Shown in pieces: positions 9,856 to 18,970 of a stretch of 64,000 nt of DNA. The DNA is taken from positions 1 through 64,000 of the forward strand of contig CAMTVK010000019.1 of the NCBI GenBank assembly GCA_947085185.1, written 5' to 3'. Source of the stretch: Candidatus Fraserbacteria bacterium (GTDB taxonomy: Bacteria; Bipolaricaulota; Bipolaricaulia; RBG-16-55-9; DRXL01). The notes below the pieces were generated by a model. That model did not search any database, was not told the origin of the DNA, and worked only from the letters and a program-made list of their open reading frames with translations. Position 1 is the first letter of the stretch; every line of letters begins with the position of its first letter. Both the position numbers and the translations under genes were made by a program.

Positions 9856-10514
9856 TGAAAGAAGTGCCTGTAGGACAGCAAAAACCAGTGGAACCCTATG
9901 TATTCGAGCTGACTGGTGGGCGGCTCTGCTTGGACTTTGCCAACACTGTGTCCAACCACGCAGGACCTAATCCTAGAGAACACCTGCACAGCTACGCCGA
10001 TTTGGTGTCTTGGGCGCGTCAAGCACATATACTCACTGACCAAGAGGCTCAGTGTCTCCTTGGAGAAGCTGTGCGCCATCCCCAAAACGCCCAGGCCGTG
10101 TTGGCCTATGCTATTGATCTTCGTGAGGCGATCTATCGGAGCTTTTCGAGGATTGCCACAGGGCAGCCGCCACTGTCGGGCGATCTTGATCTTTTGAACG
10201 CCGCGCTCTCTGCAGTGTTGCCCTATCTTCGGGTCCGGTTTGCAGAGGGCCGTTTCACATGGGAATGGGTAGACAATCAACCCGCCTTGGAGCGCATACT
10301 CTGGCCGGTGGTCCGCGATGCTGCGGAGCTCCTGACGTCTGAGGATCTGAGCCGGGTACGGGAGTGCGCCGATCCCGCCTGTGGCTGGCTCTTCATTGAC
10401 CGCAGTAAAAATCATAGCCGCCGCTGGTGCGATATGAGGACCTGTGGCAATCAAGCGAAAGCTCGCAGGCACTACGAAAAGATTCGCAAGCAGAAGCTCC
10501 TCCGCTGCTCTTAA
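9846..10514 (+). CDS. ABATE domain / CGNR zinc-finger protein
   Basis: GGRLCLDFANT; C-terminal CADPACGWLFIDRSKNHSRRWCDMRTCGNQAK. Confidence 0.92.
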   Translation: MMVMKEVPVGQQKPVEPYVFELTGGRLCLDFANTVSNHAGPNPREHLHSYADLVSWARQAHILTDQEAQCLLGEAVRHPQNAQAVLAYAIDLREAIYRSFSRIATGQPPLSGDLDLLNAALSAVLPYLRVRFAEGRFTWEWVDNQPALERILWPVVRDAAELLTSEDLSRVRECADPACGWLFIDRSKNHSRRWCDMRTCGNQAKARRHYEKIRKQKLLRCS

Positions 10515-11482
10515 CCCCCCACGCGCAGCCGCCAGATCTTGGGGAGCTCCGTGCCCAAGGTCTGCCAGCTCTCCCCACCGTCGCAGCTCACAAAGAGCTG
10601 TCCGCGCCGCTCTCGGACTTCTCCTCCGTAAAACAGTATCTCTGGATGCTCAGGGTGCAGACTGAAGCTATCGGCTGGGCCATTCTCTGGCAGGCCTGCA
10701 GCGATCTGTCGCCAGCTCCGACCGCCATCTTCGCTCTTGTACAGGGGCTCTCCATCTTGAGCGCCGTAGATATACATTCTCTGTGGATGCTTTGGGTCAA
10801 AGCAGATCGCGTGTATATATTGATCTTTCAGGGCGGCTATGGGCTTCCACGTCCGGCCCGCGTCCTCGCTGACAAAGAGCCCCTCGCCCGTTCCAGCAAA
10901 GACCCGATTGGGATTGCTCGGGTCCATCGCGACGCGATGGAGATCATGTCCGACAAGCGCCTCGTGCCACGTCTGGCCATAGTCGTGAGAGTAGATGAGA
11001 GCCCCGTGTTCCACGCCTGCGAAGATCCACGCCGGGCGCTCTGGGGAGAGTGCGATCCCGTGAATGTGCCCACCGTAGAAGGGCGCGTAGAAGAATTTCC
11101 AAGCTTTGCGACTGGACAGCCTCTCTATGCCCTCAAATGCTTGGAACGTGTGCCCTTCATCGCGGGAGATGTAGAGCATCGGCGGCTCGGTGCCCACAAA
11201 GAATGTCTTGGGATCACTGGGATGGAGCACGACATCCCAGACCCAGCGGTCTTGGAATCCTAAAAGCTCCCAGGTGCGTCCGGCGTCTTTGGTGCGATAG
11301 AGCCCCAAGCCGCGCAGCCCGCAGGCGACATAGGCGATCTGTGAATCTTTGGGATGGATAGCGATCCCACGCACGGCATTCCCCTCTATACCCCGACCAA
11401 TCAGCGTCAGGCTCTTCGAGCTTGCGCGAAAGACGAACATCCCATCTTCGGTGCCGACATAGAGCAGACATGAGCCTCTCAT
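10511..11482 (-). CDS. BNR/Asp-box beta-propeller protein
   Basis: Repeated SxDGGxxW-type motifs (TKDAGRTW, SEDAGRTW, SEDGGRSW, SCDGGESW). Confidence 0.85.
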   Translation of the reverse strand: MRGSCLLYVGTEDGMFVFRASSKSLTLIGRGIEGNAVRGIAIHPKDSQIAYVACGLRGLGLYRTKDAGRTWELLGFQDRWVWDVVLHPSDPKTFFVGTEPPMLYISRDEGHTFQAFEGIERLSSRKAWKFFYAPFYGGHIHGIALSPERPAWIFAGVEHGALIYSHDYGQTWHEALVGHDLHRVAMDPSNPNRVFAGTGEGLFVSEDAGRTWKPIAALKDQYIHAICFDPKHPQRMYIYGAQDGEPLYKSEDGGRSWRQIAAGLPENGPADSFSLHPEHPEILFYGGEVRERRGQLFVSCDGGESWQTLGTELPKIWRLRVGG

Positions 11483-11509
11483 GAGAAACCTCCCTTCTAG
11501 TACGGGCCC

Positions 11510-11584
11510 ATTATAGCCGATAAAAGATATTTTGTCAAGTATTAAATTTTTAAACTTTACAAAGCCTCTTCAAGGCGTTATAAT
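11510..11584. promoter_or_regulatory. Back-to-back divergent sigma70 promoters
   Basis: Minus: TTGACA(11538-11533)-N17-TATAAT(11515-11510); plus: TTTACA(11556)-N17-TATAAT(11579). Confidence 0.8.
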
Positions 11585-11594
11585 AAAAAAGCTT

Positions 11595-12239
11595 ATGGAA
11601 GCGATGGTAACCCGTCAGGCGCCGGGGACGCGCCGCAAGATCTTAGAATTGCTCAAGCACAACGGCCCTATGACCGCCGAGGAGCTCAGCCGTGCGCTGG
11701 GGATTACCCCGATGGGGGTGCGCGGGCAGTTGGCCTCCCTGGAGCGGGATGGGTTCGTCTCTCATAGAGCTGTCCCGCAGAAGCTCGGACGCCCTAGCTA
11801 CCTCTACGCGCTCACGGGGCTGGGGGATGAACTCTTTCCCCGCACCTACGCGCAATTTGCCATGAGCGTGTTGGAGACGATCCGCGCCCTTGACGGCGCT
11901 CAAGCCATCGAGCGGCTCTTCGATGCTCGCACGGAGCTTTTAGCTGCCCAGTATCGCTCGCGTATGAACGGCAAGACCCTCCCAGAGCGTGTCGCGGAAC
12001 TCGCCAAGATCCGCACTGAAGAGGGCTACATGGCCGATTGGGAAGAACTCGACCAAAATATTTTTTTGCTGAAAGAGCACAACTGCGCCATCTGTCACAT
12101 CGCGCAACAGTGCTCCACCGCGTGCACCCATGAGTTAGAGCTCTTCCAGCGCGTCTTTGATGACGCCGAGGTCACTCGCGAGAAGCACATGCTCAAAGGC
12201 GACTGGGCTTGCACATATGTGATTCGCCCAAAGAGCTAA
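11595..12239 (+). CDS. ArsR/SufR-like HTH regulator with Cys-rich C-terminal domain
   Basis: TRRKILELLK..GPMTAEELSRALGIT, GRP..LY.LT, HNCAIC...C...C...C. Confidence 0.85.
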   Translation: MEAMVTRQAPGTRRKILELLKHNGPMTAEELSRALGITPMGVRGQLASLERDGFVSHRAVPQKLGRPSYLYALTGLGDELFPRTYAQFAMSVLETIRALDGAQAIERLFDARTELLAAQYRSRMNGKTLPERVAELAKIRTEEGYMADWEELDQNIFLLKEHNCAICHIAQQCSTACTHELELFQRVFDDAEVTREKHMLKGDWACTYVIRPKS

Positions 12240-12245
12240 ACCCTT

Positions 12246-12668
12246 ATGGCAACCAACGTGCTTATCTACGACGGCCAATGCGCATACTGTCGGGGGTTTG
12301 CGCGCCTGGTGCGCATGCTGGACGTTCGCCAGAGGTTTGCGCTGCTCCCTTTTGCAAGCGAGTCTGCTCAGAGGCTGTTGCGCGCCCAGTTTGGCGAAGA
12401 CTTTGGGTTCTCGATGTTTCTCTTTGAAGAAGACTCCGTCAGCTGGGGGCGCGAAGCCGCGCAGCGCATCGTGCGCAAGCTCGGATTGCCCGGAGCTCGT
12501 TTAGCGTTCTGGCTCTACCCCCTGATCGTTGCGACGGTCTCGCGCGTGACAGGCCGGGAGCGCACCGTCTGTGGGCCGGCGTGCGTCCAGCACCAAGACA
12601 GATGCCAAGCCCTCCCCCTGCAAGCCCCTCTCAAGGGAGAGTTACAAAAGCTCTTGCTCAGTCTATGA
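12246..12668 (+). CDS. DCC1-like (DUF393) thiol-disulfide oxidoreductase family protein
   Basis: LIYDGQCAYC (DxxCxxC). Confidence 0.85.
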   Translation: MATNVLIYDGQCAYCRGFARLVRMLDVRQRFALLPFASESAQRLLRAQFGEDFGFSMFLFEEDSVSWGREAAQRIVRKLGLPGARLAFWLYPLIVATVSRVTGRERTVCGPACVQHQDRCQALPLQAPLKGELQKLLLSL

Positions 12669-14553
12669 CGCGAATTTCCATCCCCGCTGGCAGGGCTTGC
12701 AGAAGTCTCTTGCCGTAGGAGCGCGTGAGAATCCGCTCATCTAAGATGTGCACTTCTCCAGAGTCGGTCGCGGTGCGGATGAGTCGCCCAAACCCTTGCT
12801 TGAGCTTCAAGGCCGCCCGCGGAAGAATATACTCAGCAAACGGGTCGCGGCCTTCCTCGCGCAGGCGCTCCACCCGGGCTTCATGCACGGGGTCGTCGGG
12901 CACTTCAAAGGGGATCTTGGTGATGATCACAGCGCGCAGGGCCGGCCCGGGCACGTCTATCCCCTCCCAAAATGAGTCCAAACCCAATAAGACAGCATTA
13001 CCGTCAGTCTTGAATTGCGAGAGCAGCTGGGAGCGTGGCGCCTCCCCCTGGCAGAGCACAGGGATGCGAACCCCAAGCTGCTCGCGCACTCGCTGAGCTG
13101 TCTCGTTGAGAGCTCGCGCGTTAGTGAAGAGCGCCAACGCACCTCCGCCGGTGCGCTCGACGATGGTCACTATCCGACGCGCTACCTCATCGACATAGTG
13201 CTCTGAGAAGTTTCCCCGCTCGGGAGGCTGGACCCTGTGGATGAAGAGCCGCGCTTGTCGGACATAATCGAACGACGACTCCAGCGCAAGTCTTTCGCCC
13301 GTGATGCCCAGCTGACGCTCGATATAGCTGAAGTCTCCGCCAAGCGACAGCGTGGCTGACGTCACAATAACAGACGAGAAGCGCGAAAGCAGCCCATCTT
13401 GCAGCTCAGTCTTCGGGGAGAGCGGCGCGACGGAGAGCGCGGCTCTGTCTTCAAAAGACTCGATCCAGCGCACTAAGGGCGAGCCCGTTGGAGCGGGCTC
13501 GAGGAAATTGAGCAAGGTCGCGCTCACTTCTTCTATCCATGCTGCACATTTGCGAATTTTCACAAGATGCGCCCGTTGGTCGCTCTGAGCAAAGAGGGTC
13601 GGCGACTCCTTGGCTAAAAAGTCTTCTATTACCCCATGGAGCTCAACGAGTGCACGGAGCAAGAGCTCTGCTTCGGTGCGCAGGACGAACTCCGCTGGGG
13701 CGACGCGACGGCGCTCCGCCGGGTAATAGAGGCGCACCTGCTCGAAGAATGCTGGGGCAAACCTCTGGAGCCGAGAGAGCACAGCTTGAGCTTTCGCAGC
13801 CAAGCGTCGATCGAGCGTCGTCATCTCTCGGACGAGGGTCTCGATAGTGCGCCCGCTCACCTGGCGTGTGAACGCTTGAGAGAACACGTCTTCGAGCGCA
13901 TGAGCCTCATCAATAATCAAAATTTCTGCATCGGGCAGGAGCCCATGCCCAGACTCACGCCAGAGCGTCGCATCGGCAGCAAGAAGCGCGTGATTGACCA
14001 CCAAGAGATCTGCGCCAAACCATCGTTCTCGTGCGCGAAAATAAAAGCACTCATCATAATAAGGGCAGTCTTGTCTGAGGCACCCCGCGGCGTCAGCGCT
14101 CACGTCGCTCCAGAGGGGACTGGGCGGGACAAGCGACTCCAGAGAGCCATCTTCAGTGTGCTGGGCCCAGCGCACCAGTCGTGTGTGCTCTTGAGCTTCG
14201 AGGGGGGTTTTGGGCTGAAATCCATGGAGCGCCAGCAGACAGAGATAGTTTGAAAACCCCTTGGCCTCAGCAAAGCGAAAGCCCTTCACGCGCGCCAGCA
14301 GGGGCAGGTCTTTCTGTATGAGCTGATCTTGCAAGTTCTTCTTATTGGTCGAGATGATCGTGCGCTTCCCAGAGAGGATGGCTGGGATGGCGTAAGCGAA
14401 GGTCTTGCCCACACCGGTGGGGGCTTCGACGAGCAAGACTCCCCCAGAGCGCATGGCACGCTCACACGCGGTCACCATTGCCTGTTGGGAGGGGCGCACC
14501 TCAAAGTCTGCGATATGCTCTGTGAGTCTCTGAAGAAATTCTCTGCCGGTCAC
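12658..14553 (-). CDS. dinG: DinG/YoaA family ATP-dependent DNA helicase
   Basis: EAPTGVGKT, Fe-S cysteines, DEAH, SFWEGID, QGFGRLIR. Confidence 0.92.
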   Translation of the reverse strand: MTGREFLQRLTEHIADFEVRPSQQAMVTACERAMRSGGVLLVEAPTGVGKTFAYAIPAILSGKRTIISTNKKNLQDQLIQKDLPLLARVKGFRFAEAKGFSNYLCLLALHGFQPKTPLEAQEHTRLVRWAQHTEDGSLESLVPPSPLWSDVSADAAGCLRQDCPYYDECFYFRARERWFGADLLVVNHALLAADATLWRESGHGLLPDAEILIIDEAHALEDVFSQAFTRQVSGRTIETLVREMTTLDRRLAAKAQAVLSRLQRFAPAFFEQVRLYYPAERRRVAPAEFVLRTEAELLLRALVELHGVIEDFLAKESPTLFAQSDQRAHLVKIRKCAAWIEEVSATLLNFLEPAPTGSPLVRWIESFEDRAALSVAPLSPKTELQDGLLSRFSSVIVTSATLSLGGDFSYIERQLGITGERLALESSFDYVRQARLFIHRVQPPERGNFSEHYVDEVARRIVTIVERTGGGALALFTNARALNETAQRVREQLGVRIPVLCQGEAPRSQLLSQFKTDGNAVLLGLDSFWEGIDVPGPALRAVIITKIPFEVPDDPVHEARVERLREEGRDPFAEYILPRAALKLKQGFGRLIRTATDSGEVHILDERILTRSYGKRLLQALPAGMEIRVID

Positions 14554-14650
14554 AGCTGTAAGTATACTCGGCAGCGGGCGGGCGTGCGAGTTGGCAGGAC
14601 GAGAGTTTTTTGGTATCTTGAAGTATCACTCTATACAGGGGTTGATGCCC

Positions 14651-15103
14651 ATGCACACCAATCACGTCTTTCACGTCTATGGCCGGTGGGAGGGCGGCGT
14701 AAACGGCAGAGGCGAGATCGTCAACGAGCACCAGACGATACGCACGCCCTTTGGGGTGGCCGAGGAGTTTGGAGGGATTGGGGGGCCGACCAATCCCGAA
14801 GAGCTCTTTCTTTCGGCGGCGTGCTCGTGCTATCTCATCACGCTCGCGTATGTTGCCGAGAAGATGCGTCTGCCCGTCAAGAGGCTCGAATGTGAGGCCG
14901 AAGGGCGCGTCGCGCCCCACGAGGAGGGCGGGTTTCACTTCACGGAAATTATCTTAAAACCCCATTTTGAACTGGAGGGCGACCCCAAGGCCCACGACAT
15001 GGCCATCGCGCGCGCCGTCAAGCTTGCCGAACAACGGTGCATCATCTCTCGCGCTGTGAAGGGCGCCGTCAGATACGAGATCAGGCCCACCGTGAGGGTC
15101 TAG
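14651..15103 (+). CDS. OsmC/Ohr family protein
   Basis: NPEELFLSAACSCY and second Cys in QRCIISRA. Confidence 0.88.
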   Translation: MHTNHVFHVYGRWEGGVNGRGEIVNEHQTIRTPFGVAEEFGGIGGPTNPEELFLSAACSCYLITLAYVAEKMRLPVKRLECEAEGRVAPHEEGGFHFTEIILKPHFELEGDPKAHDMAIARAVKLAEQRCIISRAVKGAVRYEIRPTVRV

Positions 15104-16257
15104 AGGCGCTCGAGCACCGTGGCGATCCCCTGGCCAAACCCGATGCACATTGTTACTAAGCCAAACTGAGCATCGCGGCGTTCGAGCTCATAGAGAATCT
15201 TTGTGAAGAGAATAGCCCCTGTTGCGCCCAGCGGGTGCCCGTGCGCGATCGCCCCACCGTTGACGTTGACGCGCTCCCAGGGGACGTTCAGCTCTCTGCC
15301 CCAGGCGATGGGCACCGACGCGAACGCTTCATTGCACTCAAATACATCTATATCTCTGAGCGCCAGCCCCGCTTTGTGCAGGGCTTTCTTTGTAGCTGGG
15401 ATTGGCCCCGTTAACATGAGAGTCGGATCTACTCCGGCGACCGCCCACGAACGAAAGCGCGCCTTGGGCTTGTAGCCCAGCGCTTTGGCTTTGTCGCGGG
15501 TCATCAGCAGGAGCGCTGCGGCCCCGTCGCTGATCTGCGAAGAGTTTCCCGCGGTGATGCGTCCGTTGGGGCGGAAGACCGGCGCGAGCTTGGCGAGCTT
15601 CGCTCGGCCCTCCTCTGGGGAAGTGTAGCGTCGGACGCCCTCGTCGTGTGTTATGACTCTTCCGTTGAGCGTGACGGGGACGATCTGGCCGTCAAAATAT
15701 CCAGAATCTTGGGCGTGCGCCGCCTTCAGATGGCTCTGCAGAGAAAATTCGTCCAGTTCTTCGCGAGAAATCCCCCAGCGCTCGGCGATGCGCTCCGCCG
15801 ATTCCCCTTGGGGGACGATCTCGTATTTTGCTAAAAGTTTTGGATTGAGTGGCTTGTCTAAATCTGAGCCCATCGGTTCGCGGGTCATGCTCTCGATCCC
15901 GCCGGCGATCGCGCAGTCGCAGACGCCGGCCAAGATCTCTTGGGCCGCAAAGTGAATCGCTTGTTGGGAGGAGCCGCACAGGCGATTGACCGTGACCCCT
16001 GCAGACTCGATGGGCAAGTCGGCTTCGAGCGCCATGATCCGAGCGATGTTAAAGCCCTGCTCGCCTCGAGCAGTGACGCACCCAAAGACGACGTCTTCGA
16101 TTTCAGAGAGACCGATGCGCGTGCGATCCAGCAGCGCTTTGATAGCGAGAACGCCGAGTTCGTCAGCGCGGGTATCTTTGAAAAAACCCTGGTGTTTCCC
16201 GATGGGCGTGCGAACCGCCTCAACAATGACGGGCTCGCGACCAGCGTCGATCGTCAT
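15100..16257 (-). CDS. Acetyl-CoA C-acyltransferase (thiolase)
   Basis: VNRLCGSS, NEAFA, GGAIAHGHPLGATG, MCIGFGQG. Confidence 0.96.
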   Translation of the reverse strand: MTIDAGREPVIVEAVRTPIGKHQGFFKDTRADELGVLAIKALLDRTRIGLSEIEDVVFGCVTARGEQGFNIARIMALEADLPIESAGVTVNRLCGSSQQAIHFAAQEILAGVCDCAIAGGIESMTREPMGSDLDKPLNPKLLAKYEIVPQGESAERIAERWGISREELDEFSLQSHLKAAHAQDSGYFDGQIVPVTLNGRVITHDEGVRRYTSPEEGRAKLAKLAPVFRPNGRITAGNSSQISDGAAALLLMTRDKAKALGYKPKARFRSWAVAGVDPTLMLTGPIPATKKALHKAGLALRDIDVFECNEAFASVPIAWGRELNVPWERVNVNGGAIAHGHPLGATGAILFTKILYELERRDAQFGLVTMCIGFGQGIATVLERL

Positions 16258-16258
16258 A

Positions 16259-16513
16259 TTACAGTTCGCCCATAGCTGCCAGGCCGTCGAGCAGGTCCTT
16301 CACCAGGGAGTCCACGTCGTTGTACGGGAATCGAGCCTTCCCGCCGAGCTTCTGCGACAACTCCATGGCTGTCCACGATTTGTTCCCCGCGGTGAATTTG
16401 GTCATCGGCCCCTGGGGCAGCACCGGGAGCAGATCGAAGACGCTCCTGACGGGGTACTTGGCTTTGCCGAAGACACTCTTGAGTTGGGCTTCTAATTCTT
16501 CGCGCGCACCCAT
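16259..16513 (-). CDS. MTH865-like family protein
   Basis: 84 aa; F..AKYPV.S..DLLP.LP.GP.TKF...FPY..VD.LV. Confidence 0.75.
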   Translation of the reverse strand: MGAREELEAQLKSVFGKAKYPVRSVFDLLPVLPQGPMTKFTAGNKSWTAMELSQKLGGKARFPYNDVDSLVKDLLDGLAAMGEL

Positions 16514-16572
16514 GATGGACCTCCTTGTTGGCGCTTATATTTTGCCACAAGAGACGAGCAGTTGTCAAGCAG

Positions 16573-17073
16573 TTAGCGCGAGCGGCGCCCACGCACCAGA
16601 GCACTATGAACCGAATCGGTGAGCGTGTGAATGATATTGGGCAGCCAAAGCCCTGCGATAAGAATACTCAAGAGCTTCATAGCTATTGGTGGCGCGTTCA
16701 GGGAGTCAAGCGGGACCGCCCAGACGCGAAGATAGCTCAGCCCCAAGGCAATCACCAGAGCGAGAACTCCCAAATACCCCAGACGGGTCAGAGTGCCAAA
16801 GAGCAGGCTATGGCTGACCCCGCGATGCTTAAAGATCTTCGTATAGGGAATCCAGAGAAAGCCCAGCACCCCCCAGCGACGACGACTGCGATTGTGCCGT
16901 AAGTCCAAGTCAGGGCTGAGCCATAAGCTCGAGCAGAGATACGCTCCGGCGAAGATGGCTATCTCTTTCCAACCGACGTCTATGAGCTGAGCTCTTTCGG
17001 CGAGCACGAGCGAGGCGACACAGAGGGGCAGCAGAAACAATTCGATGCGCAGATGCGTCCTTCCCGACGGCAT
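16573..17073 (-). CDS. DUF2227 family putative metal-binding membrane protein
   Basis: MPSGRTH, SPDLD, RWG....WIPY...FKHRGVSH. Confidence 0.88.
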   Translation of the reverse strand: MPSGRTHLRIELFLLPLCVASLVLAERAQLIDVGWKEIAIFAGAYLCSSLWLSPDLDLRHNRSRRRWGVLGFLWIPYTKIFKHRGVSHSLLFGTLTRLGYLGVLALVIALGLSYLRVWAVPLDSLNAPPIAMKLLSILIAGLWLPNIIHTLTDSVHSALVRGRRSR

Positions 17074-17204
17074 AGCGAGCTCACTCTACAGCAAGACCGT
17101 GCTTGGGGAAAGCCCCGGTGTCTTGGTGGGACGGCTCAAGGTTCCCTGCTTGACTGTGGGGGGCTGCGAGCATACAATGAGGGCAAGGAGTTGGCCCAGG
17201 AGGC

Positions 17205-17334
17205 TGTGCGGCACCCTCTCGGGACACAGGGGGAGCGTCAATTCGCGTTCAGTCCCGATGGGAAGCTGGTGGCCTCGGGCTCCGGTGATAATACGATCAA
17301 GCTGTGGGATGTGAGCGATCTGGTGGGGAGGTGA
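17205..17334 (+). pseudogene. Frameshifted 3' fragment of a WD40-repeat gene
   Basis: TLSGHRGSVNS in one frame, AFSPDGKLVASGSGDNTIKLWDVSDLVGR* in another. Confidence 0.8.
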
Positions 17335-17335
17335 G
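17295..17335 (+). repeat. 41-bp direct repeat, copy 1
   Basis: GATCAAGCTGTGGGATGTGAGCGATCTGGTGGGGAGGTGAG, identical to 18081-18121. Confidence 0.95.
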
Positions 17336-17436
17336 GGGCAGGCAGCGCAGGCAGAAGACCAAAGCTAGGAATAGCTGTCAGCGAGCAAAATGCCCACTTC
17401 GTCGGCTTAGGGTACAATACTTGAAGGTGGTCTAGC

Positions 17437-17667
17437 ATGGCGCAAATCGCTGAACGCATTGAAATCGATCCCCACATCCATCACGGCAAGCCGGTCATCG
17501 CAGGCACTCGGGTGCCGGTCCACATGGTACTAGGGCTCTTGGCTAACGGCGTGACTCCCGAAGAGATCATCCGAGATTACTACGATCACATCACTAAAGA
17601 AGATATTCTCGCGTGCATTCGCTACGCGCAGGCCCTCGTGGAAGAGGAAGAAGTTCACGCCGTCTAG
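17437..17667 (+). CDS. DUF433 antitoxin
   Basis: IEIDPHIHHGKPVIAGTRVPV, ITKEDILACIRYA. Confidence 0.92.
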   Translation: MAQIAERIEIDPHIHHGKPVIAGTRVPVHMVLGLLANGVTPEEIIRDYYDHITKEDILACIRYAQALVEEEEVHAV

Positions 17668-17669
17668 CA

Positions 17670-18032
17670 ATGGCCCGCTTTTTAGCGGACGAGTGCACCT
17701 TCACTGCTACGGTCCGCCTCATGAGGGATTTGGGGTTTCAAGTGCAGCGCGTCCAGGAACTAAGCATGACTGGCGCGGCTGATATGGACGTCTTTCAGAA
17801 GGCCCAACAGCTGCAAGCAGTCCTCGTGACGAATGATCAAGGCTTTGGGGATGTGCGGACCTATCCACCTTCATCGCATCAAGGGGTAATCGTCTTGAAG
17901 ATGGAGCCCGATCCTAAAAAGGTGCAAGCAGTCCACCGCGTGCTAAAGGAACTCCTGAAAAAGGAGCAACGATTTGAGCGGTGTCTTTTTGTGGTGGACA
18001 CGAGTACATATCGCAAGCGAACAAAACCTTAA
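17670..18032 (+). CDS. DUF5615 PIN-like toxin
   Basis: RFLADE, GAADMDV, LVTNDQGFG, HQGVI. Confidence 0.88.
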   Translation: MARFLADECTFTATVRLMRDLGFQVQRVQELSMTGAADMDVFQKAQQLQAVLVTNDQGFGDVRTYPPSSHQGVIVLKMEPDPKKVQAVHRVLKELLKKEQRFERCLFVVDTSTYRKRTKP

Positions 18033-18044
18033 CGAGCTTTTGCC

Positions 18045-18121
18045 GGAAGTGGCGCTTTTGGCTTCGGGCTCCTACAGAGAGATCAAGCTGTGGGATGTGA
18101 GCGATCTGGTGGGGAGGTGAG
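18045..18121 (+). pseudogene. Second WD40 3' fragment containing direct repeat copy 2 (18081-18121)
   Basis: LLASGSYREIKLWDVSDLVGR*. Confidence 0.8.
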
Positions 18122-18136
18122 AGAGTAGGACAGTTA

Positions 18137-18970
18137 TTAGTAATCCCGGCGCGAGAAGAGATAGATTCCCAAGGCCAGCATGACCACGGCAAAGAGCGCC
18201 GAAGACCACATGGAAAACCCCCAAGAGCTCACTGTGCTCTCCAGGCCGATCAGCTTGACCATGAGGGCTTCCAAATCTTTGGTCTTGGGAAGAATATCAT
18301 ACAGAACATCGAGGGCTTTCCCGAACACAGGCGAAAGCCCTCGGAAGAGGTCACGCGATGCCGCCAAGTGCGAAAGCCCCCACACAATCAGGGTGGCCAC
18401 GAGCGCCAAGCCCGTCCCCTCGCTCAGCAGCGCCATCAGCGCGGCAAAGCTATAGAAGACCGCAAACAAGAAGACGACAACCAAGCCCGCCTCAATCAGC
18501 CCCGTCTCTGTCATGCCCGTCTTCCATAGCAACAGCATCCACAGCCCCACACAAAAGAGCATCGTCGTGACAAAGACTAAGAGCACTCCGCCCAGATAGC
18601 GAGCCAAATAGAGCTCCCAGCGCGCGATGGGCCTCGCTAACAAAAGATAGAGCCTGCCCCGCGCAAGCATGCTCGAAAACAGCCCAGTTGCGATAAATAA
18701 CCCCAAAAAGAGCCCCCACGGATTGAGCAAGCTCACGGCCAAGGCCTCGACGATATTCGCAAACATCGAAATGGGTATCTCAGGCACTCGGTTCCCAAAG
18801 ATATAGAGCGTGATCATCCCAGGCTGGCCCTCCACATGACGGACACTGATCCCGAACGCAAAGAACAAGAGCAAGAGAAACACAATAGCGGCCAGCGCAA
18901 GAGAAGTCCTTCGGGCCCACGACTCCCGCCAACTCTCTTCGATGATCGCCCAGAAAGCTAAAGCGTTCAT
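18137..18970 (-). CDS. ABC-2 type transporter permease
   Basis: About 6 hydrophobic segments, LLARPIARWELYLARY, C-terminal FSRRDY. Confidence 0.88.
   Translation of the reverse strand: MNALAFWAIIEESWRESWARRTSLALAAIVFLLLLFFAFGISVRHVEGQPGMITLYIFGNRVPEIPISMFANIVEALAVSLLNPWGLFLGLFIATGLFSSMLARGRLYLLLARPIARWELYLARYLGGVLLVFVTTMLFCVGLWMLLLWKTGMTETGLIEAGLVVVFLFAVFYSFAALMALLSEGTGLALVATLIVWGLSHLAASRDLFRGLSPVFGKALDVLYDILPKTKDLEALMVKLIGLESTVSSWGFSMWSSALFAVVMLALGIYLFSRRDY

Noticed and set aside
9492..10472. 326-aa minus-strand ORF
   Set aside because: Antisense shadow of the CGNR gene with no recognisable motifs
17205..18121. WD40 repeat pair as the TR/VR of a diversity-generating retroelement
   Set aside because: The shared part is identical, upstream differences are not adenine-specific, and there is no reverse transcriptase in the window
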